From assembly GCF_009914755.1 (NCBI RefSeq), contig NC_060944.1: a stretch of 64,000 nt of DNA; one strand, written 5' to 3'. Below, piece after piece: positions 42,980-57,912 of this stretch. The notes beneath the pieces are model-generated. The model searched no databases and was not told the origin of the DNA. It saw nothing but the letters and a program-made list of their open reading frames with translations. Position numbers and translations under genes: made by a program. Within the stretch, counting starts at the first letter, position 1; the number at the start of each line of letters is the position of its first letter. Source of the DNA: the human T2T-CHM13v2.0 reference genome, Homo sapiens.

Positions 42980-45900
42980 ATGACAGGATCAAATTCACAC
43001 ATAACAATATTAACCTTAAATGTAAACAGGCTCAATGCCCCAGTTAAAAGACACACACTGGCAAATTAGATAAAGAGTCAAGACCCATCAGTGTGCTGCA
43101 TTCAGGAGACCCATCTCACATGCAAAGACACACACAGGCTCAAAATAAAGGGATGGAAGAATACTTACCAAGCAAATGGAAAGCAAAGAAAAAAAAAAAA
43201 GCAGGTGTTGCAATCCTAGTCTCTGATAAAACAGACTTTAAACCAACAAAGATCAAAAGAGACAAAGAAGGCCATTACATAATGGTAAAGGGATCAATGC
43301 AATAAGATGAGCTAACTATCCTAAATATATATGTACCCAATACAAGAGCACCTAGATTCATAAAGCAAGCCCTTAGAGACCTACAAAGAGACTTAGACTC
43401 CCACACAACAATAGTGGGAGACTTTAACACCCCACTGTCAATATTAGACAGATCAACGAGGCAGAAAATTAACAAGGATATTCAGGAATTGAACTCAGCT
43501 CTGGACCAAGCGGACCTAATAGACATCTACAGAACTCTCCACCCCATTCTGTTGAATGTAAATCAACAGAATATACATTCTTCTCAGCACCACATCACAC
43601 TTATTCCAAAACTGACCACATAGTTGGAAGTAAAGCACTCCTCAGCAAATGTAAAAGAACAGAAATCATAACAGTCTCTCAGCCCACAGTGTAATCAAAT
43701 TAGAACTCAGGATTAAGAAACTCACTCAAAACCACACAACTACATGGAAACTGAACAACCTGCTCCTGAATGACTACTGACTGGGTAAATAACAAAATTA
43801 AGGAAGAAATAAATAAGTTCTTTGAAACCAGTGAGAACAAAGACACAATATACCAGAATCTCTGGGACACAGCTAAAGCAGTGTTTAGAGGGAAATTTAT
43901 AGCACTAAATGCCCACAGGAGAAAGTGGGAAAGATCTAAAATCAACACTCTAACATCATAGTTAAAAGAACTAGAGAAGCAAGAGCAAACAAATTCAAAA
44001 GCTAGCAGAAGTCAAGAAATAAGATCAGAGCAGAACTGAAGGAGATAGAGACAAGAAAAATCCTTCAAATAATCAATGAATCCAGGAGCTGTTTTTTTAA
44101 AAAAAAGATTAACAAAATAAACTGCTAGCCAGACTAATAAAGAAGAAAAGAGAGAAGAATCAAATAGACACAATAAAAAATGATAAAGGGAATATCACCA
44201 CTGATCCTTCAGAAATACATACCACCATCAGAGAATATTATAAACACCTTTATGCAAATAAACTAGAAAATCTAGAAGAAAAGAATAAATTCCTGGACAT
44301 GTACACCCTCCCAAGTCTAAACCAGGAAGAAGTTGAATCCCTGAATAGACCAATAACAAGTTCTGAAATTGAGGCAGTAATTAATAGTCTACGAATCAAA
44401 AAAAGCCCAGGAACAGATTGATTCACAGCCAAATTCTACCAAAGGTACAAAGAGGAGCTGGTACCATTCCATCTGAAACTATTCCAAATAATAGAAAAAG
44501 AAGGACTCCTTCCTAACTCATTTACTGAGGCCAGCATCATTCTGATACCAAAACCTGGCAGAGACACAACAAAAAAAGAAAATTTCAGGCCAATATCCTT
44601 GATGAACATCGAGGTAAAAATCCTCAATAAAATACTGGCAAACCAAATCCAGCAGCACATCAAAAAGCTTATCCACCACGATCAAGTTGACTTCATCCCT
44701 GGGATGCAAGATGGGTTTAACATACCTGAATCAATAAATGTAATCCATCACATCAACAGAACCAATGACAAAAACCACATGATTATCTCAATAGATACAG
44801 AAAAGGTCTTCAATAAAATTCAACAACACTTCATGTTAAAAACTCTCAAGAAACTAGGTATTGATGGAATGTATCTCAAAATAATAAGAGATATTCATGA
44901 CAAACCCACAGCCAATATCATACTGAATGGGCAAAAGCTGGAAGCCTTCGCTTTGAAAACTGGCACGAGATAAGAATGCCCTCTCTCACCACTCCTATTC
45001 AACATAGTATTGGAAGTTCTGGCCAGGGCAATCAAGCAAGAGAAAGAAATAAGGGGTATTCAAATAGGAAGAGAAGAAGGCAAATTGTCTCTGTTTGCAG
45101 ATGACATGATTGTATATTTAGAAAACCCCATCGTCTCAGCCCAAAATCTCCTTAAGCTGATAAGCAGCTTCAGCAAAGTCTCAGGATACAAAATCAATGT
45201 GCAAAAATCACAAGCATTCCTATACACCAATAACAGACAAACGGAGAGCCAAATCACGAGTGAACTCTCATTCACAATTGCTACAAAGACAATAAAATAC
45301 CCAGGTAATACAACTTACAACGCATGTGAAGGACCTCTTCAAGGAGAACTACAAACCACTGCTCAAGGAAATAAGGGAGGACACAAACAAATGGAAAAAC
45401 ATTTGATGCTCATGGATAGGAAGAATCAATATCATCAAAATGGCCATACTGCCCAAAGTAATTTATAGATTCAGTGCTATCCACATCAAGCTACCATTGA
45501 CTTTCTTCACAGAATTAGAAACGACTACTTTAAATTTCATAGGGAATTTTAAAAGATCCTGTATAGCCAAGGCAGTCCTAAGCAAAAAGAACAAAGCTGG
45601 AGTCATCACACTACCTGACTTCAAACTATGCTACAAGGCTACAGTCACCAAAACAGCATGGTACTGGTACAAAAACAGATATATAGACCAATGGAACAGA
45701 ACAGAGGCCTCATAAATAATGCCACACATCTACAACCATCTGATCTTTGACAAACCTGACAAAAACAAGCAATGGGGAAAGGATTTCCTATTTAATAAAT
45801 GGTGTTTGGAAAACTGGCTAGCCATATGTAGAAAAGTGAAACTGGACCCCTTCCTTACTCCTTATACAAAAATTAACTCAAGGTGGATTGAAGACTTAAA

Positions 45901-46800
45901 CGTAAGACCTAAAACCATAAAAACCCTTGAAGAAAACCTAGGCAATACCATTCAGGACATAGGCATAGGCAAAGACTCATGACTAACACACCAGAAGCAA
46001 TGGCAACAAAAGCCAAAATTGACAAATGGAATCTAATTAAACTAAAGAGCTTCTGCACAGCAAAAAAAAAAAAAAAACTATCATCAGAGTGAACAGGCAA
46101 CCTATAGAATGGGAGAAAATGTTTGCAATCTATCCATCTGACAAAGGGCTAATATCTAGAATCTACAAGGAAGTTAAACAAATTTACAAGAAAAAAACAA
46201 CCCCATCAATAAGTGGGTGTAGGATATGAACAGACACTTCACAAAAGAAGACATTTATGCGGCCAACAAACATATGAAAAAAAGCTCATCATCACTGGTC
46301 ATTAGAGAAAGGCAAATCAAAACGACAATGAGATAGCATCTCACACCAGTTAGAATGCTAATTATTAAAAAGTCAGGAAACAACGGATGTCAGAGAGGAT
46401 GCAGAGAAATAGGAACACTTTTACACTGTTGGTGGGAGTGTAAATTAGTTCAATCATTGTGGAAGACTGTGTGGTGATTCCTCAAGGATCTAGAACCAGA
46501 AATACCATTTGACCCAGCAATCCCATTACTGGGTATATACCCAAAGGATTATAAGTTATTCTACTATAAAGACCCATGCACACATTATGTTTATTGCAGC
46601 ACTATTCACAATAGCAAACACTTGGAACCAACCCAAATGCCCATCAATGATAGACTGGATAAAGAAAATGTGGCACATATACACCATGGAATACTATGCA
46701 GCCATAAAAAAGGACGTGGATGAAGCTGGAAACCATCATTCTCAGCAAACTAACACAGGAATAGAAAACCAAACACCGCATGTTCTCACTCATAAGTGGG
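42980..46800 (+). pseudogene. L1 ORF2p (EN/RT), disrupted
   Basis: MTGSNSHITILTLNVN start; GDFNTPLS (EN); [11 protein letters not shown] (RT); multiple stops and frameshifts. Confidence 0.93.
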
Positions 46801-47254
46801 AGTTGAACAATGAAACCACATGGACACAGGGAGGGGAACATCATACACCAGGGCCTGTCGTGGGGTTGGGGGTATGGGGAGGGATGGCATTAAGAGAAAT
46901 ACCTAATGTAGACGACAGGTTAATGGGTGTGGAAAACCACCATGGCATGTGTATACTTATGTAACAAGCCTGCACATTCTGTACATATATCGCAGAACTT
47001 AAAGTATAATAATAAAAAAAGGTACTAAGAAAAAAAAAGAAAATGGAAAGATGATACAAAAATTCATAAGATGGTTATGCTTTTTTCCCCCACCAGCTAT
47101 ACATATCATCAATGTAGATAAAAACAAACTTACTTTTTAGAAGAGGTCTCCTAAAATGAAAGAAGAAAGCCAGAGATTTCAAAGATTTTAATCACACTTG
47201 TTGATTTGGAGGTCACTACACAGATTACAAAGGAAATCAGGAAACAGTTGTAAA

Positions 47255-47467
47255 GTGTGAACCAATGAATGAAACTCCTTTAGAATGTGGGCAAGGCTGG
47301 CTTCCTGGCAGGTGACCCATGCAGTCACCCAGGGTCCTACATTTAGAAGAGCCCTGTATTAGGCTTAATGCTCAGCTGTCGCTGTCTTGAAATTCTTAAT
47401 AATTTTTGAACAAAGGGCTGTGCATTTTGATTTTGTACTGAGCTTCACAATTATGTAGCCAAACATG
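47255..47467 (+). mobile_element. MER45A-like hAT-Tip100 MITE
   Basis: ggctggcttc...gtcgctgtcttgaaattcttaataatttttgaacaa...attatgtagcc. Confidence 0.75.
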
Positions 47468-47563
47468 AATGTATAAATTGCTAAATATAATTCAATTCTA
47501 ATCTCCTTGTTGCAATTTGATGAAAGTTATTGTGGGACTGTTTTTATTCATTTATTCATTCAT

Positions 47564-47614
47564 GTTTGTTTGTTTGTTTTTGAAATGGAGTCTCGCTCTG
47601 TCGCCCAGGTTGGA
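47564..47614 (-). mobile_element. Very short Alu 3' fragment (about 33 nt plus tail)
   Basis: (gttt)n then gaaatggagtctcgctctgtcgcccaggttgga. Confidence 0.8.
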
Positions 47615-47829
47615 CATTTATTTAATGCTTATGATATTCATTCATGGATTAACTCCCATAATCCCTACACCTGCTCAACCACAGAGGGCATGAGGTGGTT
47701 AATATAGAGACAGAAACATCTGTGAGACAGGTCCTCTGCCCTGCTTCTCAGCTTCACAGTTTAGAAGCAACTCTACCAGTGGCTTGCGAAGAAGGATGAA
47801 CGAATGACTCTCAGAAGCAAAAGCGAGTC

Positions 47830-48065
47830 AGAGACTGTGAAGAACATAGACTTTAGCCGTCATGGACCTTGTTTTGGATGCTTCCTCCATGTACCAGATC
47901 GTGACTCTAGGATAATTACTTTAACCTCTCTGTGACTCAGTTTCTTCATCTGTAAAGTTAGCATGATCTTAGCTGCTTTTTAAGTTTGTTGTGAAGATTA
48001 TTTGAAATAAAATGTAGAAAATACTTGCTAGGGACCTGCACATAGTGTTTAGTTATTAACACTTC
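47830..48065 (+). mobile_element. MIR
   Basis: ttaacctctctgtgactcagtttcttcatctgtaaa. Confidence 0.8.
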
Positions 48066-48792
48066 TATAAAGTCATAGAAATGTACTTTCCCTCTTGTCT
48101 GTAATTGCACTCTAGGGATTTTTTTTCCTAAGGGAAAAAAAAAGAATAAAACTACAGGCACAAAGATATTCCTTGGAGGATCATCCAAGGAATTTATTTT
48201 ATTTTTAGAAAAGGATTAAAGATGCTTGTTATCTATAATAGCAAATAACTGGAAACAACCTAATTGCCCAACAGTAATGTAATATTGAAGGTAATTATGG
48301 AACATCAATATGATAGAATATTATGACGACACTAAAAACAATAATTATGGAAACAGCATAGTGACATGGAAATGGGTTTTAGTAGAATGTTATACAAGAG
48401 AAATAGAATGCAAAATGCCATGTCTGCTCCATGACAATAGGGACTATGTCAGTCTCTTTCACCACTATATAGCCAGCACCTAGTAAAGAATAAGCACTGG
48501 GCAAATATGTACTGAATGGAATATAAAAACATGTGGACCAGACTTGAAAAGTGACATGCAAATGTATGAAAATGGTACTGATGGCATTAAAGCAAGTTTT
48601 GTTTGTTTCTGTTGTTAAAAATAAAGGAGACAAGAAAGGGATGAAGCAAGGAATCAAAAAGAGTAGAAGGAAAGAAGGGAGAAAGGAAAAGAGGGAGGGA
48701 ATGAGGGAGGTAAGGAAGCAGAACAAACCTAAAGCTCTTCTGTTTATGACATTGAAAGCTATGCTAACGTAATGGTTAAAAACCTAGACCTT

Positions 48793-49114
<322 letters not shown>

Positions 49115-49974
49115 TCAGATCCTACCCCTGCCCTTTGCCTAACTGGACAAGTTGGACAAGGTCAGTAACTTCTCTTAAATCTAATGCACAGATTTTAAAT
49201 AGAGCCACTAACAGTACCAACCTCTTGGGAACACCATGGAGATAATTTATGCAAAGCACCCTGAATGACACATAATAGACAAGCAATCATATTCATTGCT
49301 TTTACCATTACCATTAACATCATTTTATAATCATAAAAAAATCTGAGCTGCTAACCTGTAGCAGAGAAAACAAATGATGATAAAACTGTCCAACCAGACC
49401 CCCAGAAAAGTGTCCTACAATATCACCAGGGGACATTGGTGCTGACCAACTGTCCTGAGCTCCTTAGAGGGATCCAAGAGAGAGGCATAGACAATTCCTC
49501 CAGTTTAAGGGATCTTGTTTCTCACAGATTCACTGAACCAAGGCATTCTCTCATCAAAAATTTTCTTGCACAGACCAACAGCAATGGCTTCATCCATAGA
49601 AATAATTAACATGCTTCTGGCAGCCTTTATTGATATTCGGTTTACAAAGCAGTGACCTAGAGATACGGCATCTCTTGCAGATTAATGGCTCACAAGGGTC
49701 ATTACTGGTGCAAAGACACTTCCAGGGGTTACTGTTTCCTTCCAACTGGTTGTTAGCCCAGTTTCAACTACCAAATGCTTCATGCACACAAGGGTCTCCA
49801 TTAGCAGTTGGGAAATGCATGCAGGAGCAAGATTTGCCTTCATACACTGCAGTTTGCATTTTTCTAAGCAAAGAGAAGGGGACTTAGTATTGAAATCAAA
49901 TGTATAGTTATGCTGGAAATCTTCACAAAAAAAATCCTCTTCTGCATATAGCCAGTACAAGGTCTGTGTCACCA

Positions 49975-50370
49975 CAGTTGGGATGGCTTGCTGCTCTCCC
50001 CAAAGCCATTCCCTGTTTCTTGTCTATAACAGAACACCTATTATATTCTGAGTGAAATTGTGCCCAGTCAAAAGACGACATTCCCCAGCTCTCCTTGTAG
50101 CTAGGATGGCTCCAGACCTTGTAAGATATCTGGGAAAGCCCTTCTTGCCATCTTGCCATCTTCCTTCCTGGCATGGTAACATGATAGCTGGAGTGCCCAC
50201 AGGCAGCCTATGGCCTTAGGACATATTAAAGATGGTAGAGTCAAAAGCTGAAGGATCCAGGGTGCCTGCTGACTTCTGGAAGCTGCTACATTAACCCTAA
50301 TCTGCTTACCTCCTATCCTTTTTCATATGAGGGAGGAAAAAAAAACTTTCAACAACTGTGCAGGGCTCAA
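49975..50370 (+). mobile_element. MLT1J-like MaLR LTR
   Basis: cattccccagctctccttgtagctaggatggc... Confidence 0.6.
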
Positions 50371-50377
50371 TGTCACC

Positions 50378-50955
50378 TTACTTGCAAGACAACAAGTGAG
50401 CCTGCCACGGTTTCAAGGATTCTGGCCGAAGACATGAGATTCCCAAGTCCGAGACTGAAGAGTTTATTACTCACAGCATAGCAAGCAGCATGAGCCCCGT
50501 GGTCGGGTCAGCTGCCCATTACCTCCCAGGTCCCAGGAGCCAATGAGGAGCAGCCATAGGGATTCTGTGCCTACCCAGCCTTGCCTCACAGCTGAGGAAC
50601 CAACCACTTAGGAAACCCTGATTTTTTATAATGCGCTGTGAGCAAATGTGTCCAACCTTTACCTTGTAAGAACACACTATCTTTATTATACTACACAGCA
50701 AACAAGTCTATTCTCTGCCTCAGAGGGAGCCACTATCTCTATCTTCTAAAGCTGTTTGCAACAAATATTCTGGAGACAACACTCCAGAACAAAAGCTGCC
50801 AGTGCCTCTGCTCACAGAACGTGGGAAACGACCTCCCAACATCGTCTCCTTTGTGTAAGCCACTGTTATTTCCTGTCTACGTTGTTGACTGCAGAGTGAA
50901 ATCCTCGCCAGTTTTTCCAATGGCTGGACCTTCTTGTCGTTTGCCTTGACACATA
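50378..50955. mobile_element. ERV solo LTR (subfamily uncertain)
   Basis: caagtgagcctgccacggtttc...gaagacatgagattcc...tttattactcacagca; tg...ca-like ends. Confidence 0.55.
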
Positions 50956-51029
50956 ATAGAATCTCTGTCATGTGGCTCTGTAATAGATTCAGAGGCCACA
51001 TAAGGTAGAAAAAAAACCAGGTTAACTCT

Positions 51030-51475
51030 GGAACCAAATTTCTGATTCGAGTCCCACTTCTCATTAGCTGTGTGACTTAAACAAGTTACTTAACTTCTCT
51101 GAGCTTGGTATTCTTATCTAAAAATTTGGAATAATAAAAGTAGCTACCTTATGGTACTGGTGAGGATCAACTGGGTTAATACACATAAAGCACCTACATA
51201 GTAGCTGGCACAGTCATATGTGAGCTGTGAGTAGAGAACTGTGCGGTGATCACAAGCACAACTTGGGAATTCTACAAACCTGAGTCTGAATCCCAGCTGC
51301 ACCACTTATGAGCTAAAGGAGTGGGTGAGCATCTTAACCACTTCCCAGTACATTTATCTGTGACCCAGCATGCTGCCCTCAGAGAGCAAAAAGGTTAATG
51401 CTTATAGAATGTTTAGTACCATCCCTGGAACCACCGAAAACTCAGCAAAACAGCTATTGTTATTGCTATTAGTGT
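51030..51475 (+). mobile_element. Two tandem MIRs
   Basis: tagctgtgtgactt..caagttacttaacttctctgag; second copy ctgagtctgaatcccagc. Confidence 0.7.
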
Positions 51476-53532
51476 TCATTCTTGTGTTAGATTTAAAACT
51501 TGTTCTTTAATCGTTTTGAGACACCAGAAGACCCATGGACTTCTTACTCGCCACATGAATATTTTTAGTCAAATATTATTAAATTTCTCTGATTGCAGAC
51601 CCCTTTAATCTTTTGGTTTCATTTTGACAGAGGTCATCTGGGGTCACCTCAACCTCATCAAATTCTTAGTCAATTCAATTGCATCATAGAAAAACACAAG
51701 TTCTTAGAGATAACCATTTTTATGCCTCTGAATCAGTGAAAAAGAATTTGGTCTTTCTTCTTTGAAAATGTCTCTGAACTCCATTTGTTCTAAATAATAC
51801 TTTATGAGAAAGATCCAAGTGCTAACTGAAAGCATTTCATTCCCCATATAGTTAATAAAAATGAGATCTGGAATTTCTCATCTACACTAAAATCCTCCAA
51901 TGCTATGCACATTTTAAAGATGAATCTAATGTATTGAAACAATTTCAGAAATTTGAAAGTTTAAAGATTTTATAGATTTTCTTAAAGATTGATTTGAATT
52001 ATTTTTAAAATACATTTACTAGAATGTCACTATAGAAATTTCTTTATTTCATCACAGCTTTTTGACAGCTGAGAAAGGTCTCCTTCATATTTCTAAATTA
52101 GATCCTGTAATAAATGCACAGTCTTGACTTGAGACAGGTTTATTACATGACCAAAACCCCCAGCAGTAAGCTTATAATTAAGCGGTAATATTAATAGACA
52201 GTCAGCTTGGGCATGTGTTCCAATAATGTACAAAGCTCTGAAAAGAGCTGAACATTAGGCAATAGAAGGATTTTCCCCTTTATTAAAGTGTTTGGAATGA
52301 TGTTTCATTCTAGCACGCTCCTACAAGTGCATCTCTACTCTTCATAACTTTTTCTCAAATTCACCAAAATAAATATTGGCCTATTTCTGCTAATATATTT
52401 TTCAACTCAAAAAATGGAACAGAAAACAATTCTGAAGAAATAGTCTCAAGAACTTTAAGGGCTATCATTATTGAGCCAGCAAGTCCAAATAGCAGACATT
52501 ACACCAGAGTCAGACACAATACAACAAGCATTTATTGAAGAGTTACAAGAAGTTCACCCTTCATCATCTGGCAAACTTCTATTCATTCTCCAAAGAGGTT
52601 CAGGTATCCTCCCCTCTAGGAAGCCTTCCCTGATTTCCTTTAGCCCACAGTGAAATAGGCATAGGCATCCCCCCGTGTCATCTCACAGTTCCCTAAGCAC
52701 ATCTTGATCATTGTGTTTATCCTTCCACTTTGGTGTAATTTTTTCAAAGATTTAGTATTACTATTAGTGAATAATACTAATGTTGGCTTAGAACATAGCA
52801 GGTCCTCATGTAGGTGCTGTGACAATACAGGTTTTAAAGAATTGAAAACCTCTGGCTGGACTAATCAATAAAAAGAGAGAAGTCACAAATTTCTGATATT
52901 ACAAATGAAATAGGTGGCGTCGCTACAGTACTTAAAGAGATGTTTTTAAAGTAATATTTTGAGCAATATGGTGCCATTAAATTTAACAAATTAGATAAAA
53001 TGAACAAATTATTTGAAAGATACAAACACCAAAACTCAAGAAGAAAGTGACAACCTGAATAGCCCTATAACCCTACATCAATTAATGTTAAATTCATAGG
53101 TTAAAACTTTCCCACAAAGAAAACTCTAGGCCAGGTGGCTTCACTGGTAAATTCTATACGCTCTTCACAAAACATGAGGTGAGGTGACACACCCCAAATG
53201 ATTTAAGAAAACCAGCATTACTCTGTTAACAAAACCAGTGAAGATATTGTTTTAAAAAGAAAACTACCATGAGCATGCATACCTCATGTACATGGATGTA
53301 ACAAGTAACAAGTAGCAAAATCTAAAAACAGAATCCAACAACATGTAAGCCATGTAGAGTTCATCCCAATAATGTAAGGTTGTTTTAACTTTTGAAAAGC
53401 AATCAATGTAATTCAATGTATTAACAGGCTGAAGATGAAAAACATGATCATCTCAAAAGATACAGAAAAAGTGGCAAAATTCCACACCTCTTCACAATTA
53501 AAACTTTCAACAAATTAGGAATAGACAGCATC

Positions 53533-55445
<1,913 letters not shown>

Positions 55446-55512
55446 AAGATGGAGAAGAGGAAGAAGAAGAGGAAGAGGAAGAAGAGGAGGAGAAGGAAGA
55501 GGAAGAGGAAAT
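55446..55512. repeat. (GAA/GAG)n purine repeat at the L1 tail position
   Basis: gaagaggaagaagaagaggaagagg... Confidence 0.9.
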
Positions 55513-55522
55513 AGCATCACAG

Positions 55523-55869
55523 CATCTTAGTCGGCCTGGGCTGCTATAACAAAATATCATAAACTGGGTGGCTTAAACAACAAACATGCATCCCTCATAG
55601 TTCTGAAGGTTGAAAGTCAGATCAGAGTGCTAGCAGGATTGACTTTTTCTGGTTTATAGACAGCCATCTTCTTACTGTGTTCTCACATGGCAGAAAGAGA
55701 GCTAGCTAGCTCCCTGGCATGTTCTTTTAAGGGTACTAATCCCATTCATGAGGACTTTGTCCTCATGATCTATCACCTTCCAAAAACATCATCCCCAAAT
55801 ACCATCACATTGGCATTAGGGTTTCACCATATGAATTTGAGGAAGGAAGGAACACATTCAGTCCATTGA
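55523..55869 (-). mobile_element. MLT1A-like MaLR LTR
   Basis: tcttagtc..ctgggctgctataacaaaata...aacacattcagtccattg. Confidence 0.85.
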
Positions 55870-57524
55870 GAAAGGGAATTTCTTTAACCTGATAAAAGGC
55901 ACATGTGAAAAACGTACAACAAACATCATACTGAAATGTTGACAGACTGAACATTTAACTTCTATTTCAGGAACAAGGCAAGAAGGTCTTCTGTCATCAC
56001 CCTTATTCAATATTTTACTGGAGATTCTTGTCATCCTAATGTTGATGACAATCCTAACAACAAAAACAAATAAAATGTGTATGGAGGAAGTAAAAATCTG
56101 TTTATTGGCAAACTACGTAGTAGTAATCCTAAGGAATCTACCAGAAATAGCTACTAGAACTAATAATGGTGAGTTTAGGATACCAAGTTTTCAGAATTCA
56201 AGGCCAATGTTCAAAAGTCACTTAAATTTCTATGTACTAGGACTAAACAATTGCAAACTGAAAATGTAAAAGTACAAACTAAAATGGCATCAAAAATATG
56301 AAACACTTTGTAATAAATTTAAGAACGCGTAGCAAGACTTGTACTAAAAACTGCAAAACATTGCGACTGAAATTAAAGAGTGCCTAAAGAAACAGAAGGA
56401 TACACCATAAATGCTCATGGATTGGAAGATTCCATGTTGCTAAGATGTCAGTTATCCCCATACTGATCTATATATTCAATGCATTTCCAATCACATTTCT
56501 AGCAGGAGTTGTTATGCAAATGAATGAGCTGATTCTAAAATTTATATGGAAATGCAAAGGACCTGAAATAGTCAAAATAATTTGTAAAAATAAAAATGTT
56601 AGGGAATTTACAAAACGCACTATAGAATTAAATAATCAAAATAGTGTGGCATCACTTTAATAATAGACATAAAAGCCAATGAAGGAGAATAAATATTCCA
56701 GGAATAGACTCACACATATAAAGCCAATTGATTATCAGCAAATGTACAATTCAATAGAAAAAGATAATTCTCAACTATCTTTTCTTGAAGATGGTACTGT
56801 AACAATCAGTTACCTATATTTTTTTAAAAAAACCTCATTCATTACCTCACAATACACCCAAAAAATAATTCAAAGTGGACCACAGACCTAAATGTAAGAG
56901 GAAAAATGATAAAATTTCAAGTAGAAAAACACAAGAAATAATTTTTATGATATTGAGTTAGGAAAAGATTTCTTAGATGGGACAAAAGCATGAACTGGAA
57001 ATGAAAAATATTGATAAATTGAATTCATCAAAATTAAAACCTTTGTCCTGCATAAGATATTATTAATAAAATGAAAAAGCAAACCACAAATTAAGAGAAA
57101 ATACTTTCAAAACGTATATGATAAAGGAATTACATCTAAAATATATTTTAAAAACTCTTACAACTCCACAATAAGAAGATCAAAAACAGATTAAAAATGG
57201 GCCCAAAATTTGAATAGTTACCCACACTAAAAACAACATATGAATAAAAAATTAGAATATAAAAAGACATTCAACATCATTACTCATTAAGGAAATGTGT
57301 TAAAACTCACTAAATTGTACATTGGAAAAAATACTACTAAAAATGTAATAAATTTAAAATACAAAATTATAATGAGATATCACTTCACACCAAATAAAAT
57401 TTTAGACTTAAATTGAACAGACTAATGGCAAGTGTTAATAAGACTATGGAACAGTTCGAATTCTCATGTAGCATTAGTGGGAATGCAAAATATTAGTTGC
57501 CTTGGGAAACAGACTGGCAGTTAC

Positions 57525-57912
57525 TTTTTTTTTTATTATCATACTTTAAGTTTTATGGTACACGTGCACAACGTGCAGGTTTGTTACATATGTATACATG
57601 TGCCATGTTGGTGTGCTGCACCCATTAACTCGCCATTTAACATTAGGTATATCTCCTAATGCTATCCCTCCCCCCTCCCCCCACCCCACAACTTGCCCCA
57701 GTGTGTGATGTTCCCCTTCCTGTGTCCACGTGTTCTCATTGTTCAATTCCCACCTATGAGTGAGAACATGCGGTGTTTAGTTTTTTGTCCTTGTGATAGT
57801 TTGCTGAGAATGATGGTTTCCAGCTTCATCCATGTCCCTAAAAGGACAGGAACTCTTCATTTTTTATGGCTGCATAGTGTTCCACGGTGTATATGTGCCA
57901 CATTTTCTTAAT
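57525..57912 (-). mobile_element. L1PA (4/5-like) 3' fragment
   Basis: T-tract, atactttaagtttt...ccacattttcttaat; TSD acagac(tg/ca)gcagtt(a/t)c. Confidence 0.93.

Larger units (their letters stand above)
40561..47040 (+). mobile_element. Full-length inactivated LINE-1 (L1PA7/8-like)
   Basis: 5'UTR ggctggcaagatg..gaataggaacagctc; ORF1 from 41921; ORF2 from 42980; 3'UTR, poly(A) and degenerate TSD aagaa(t/a)atg. Confidence 0.96.

Noticed and set aside
40561-47040. Possible active L1
   Set aside because: Both ORFs have multiple stops, frameshifts and deletions; old subfamily.
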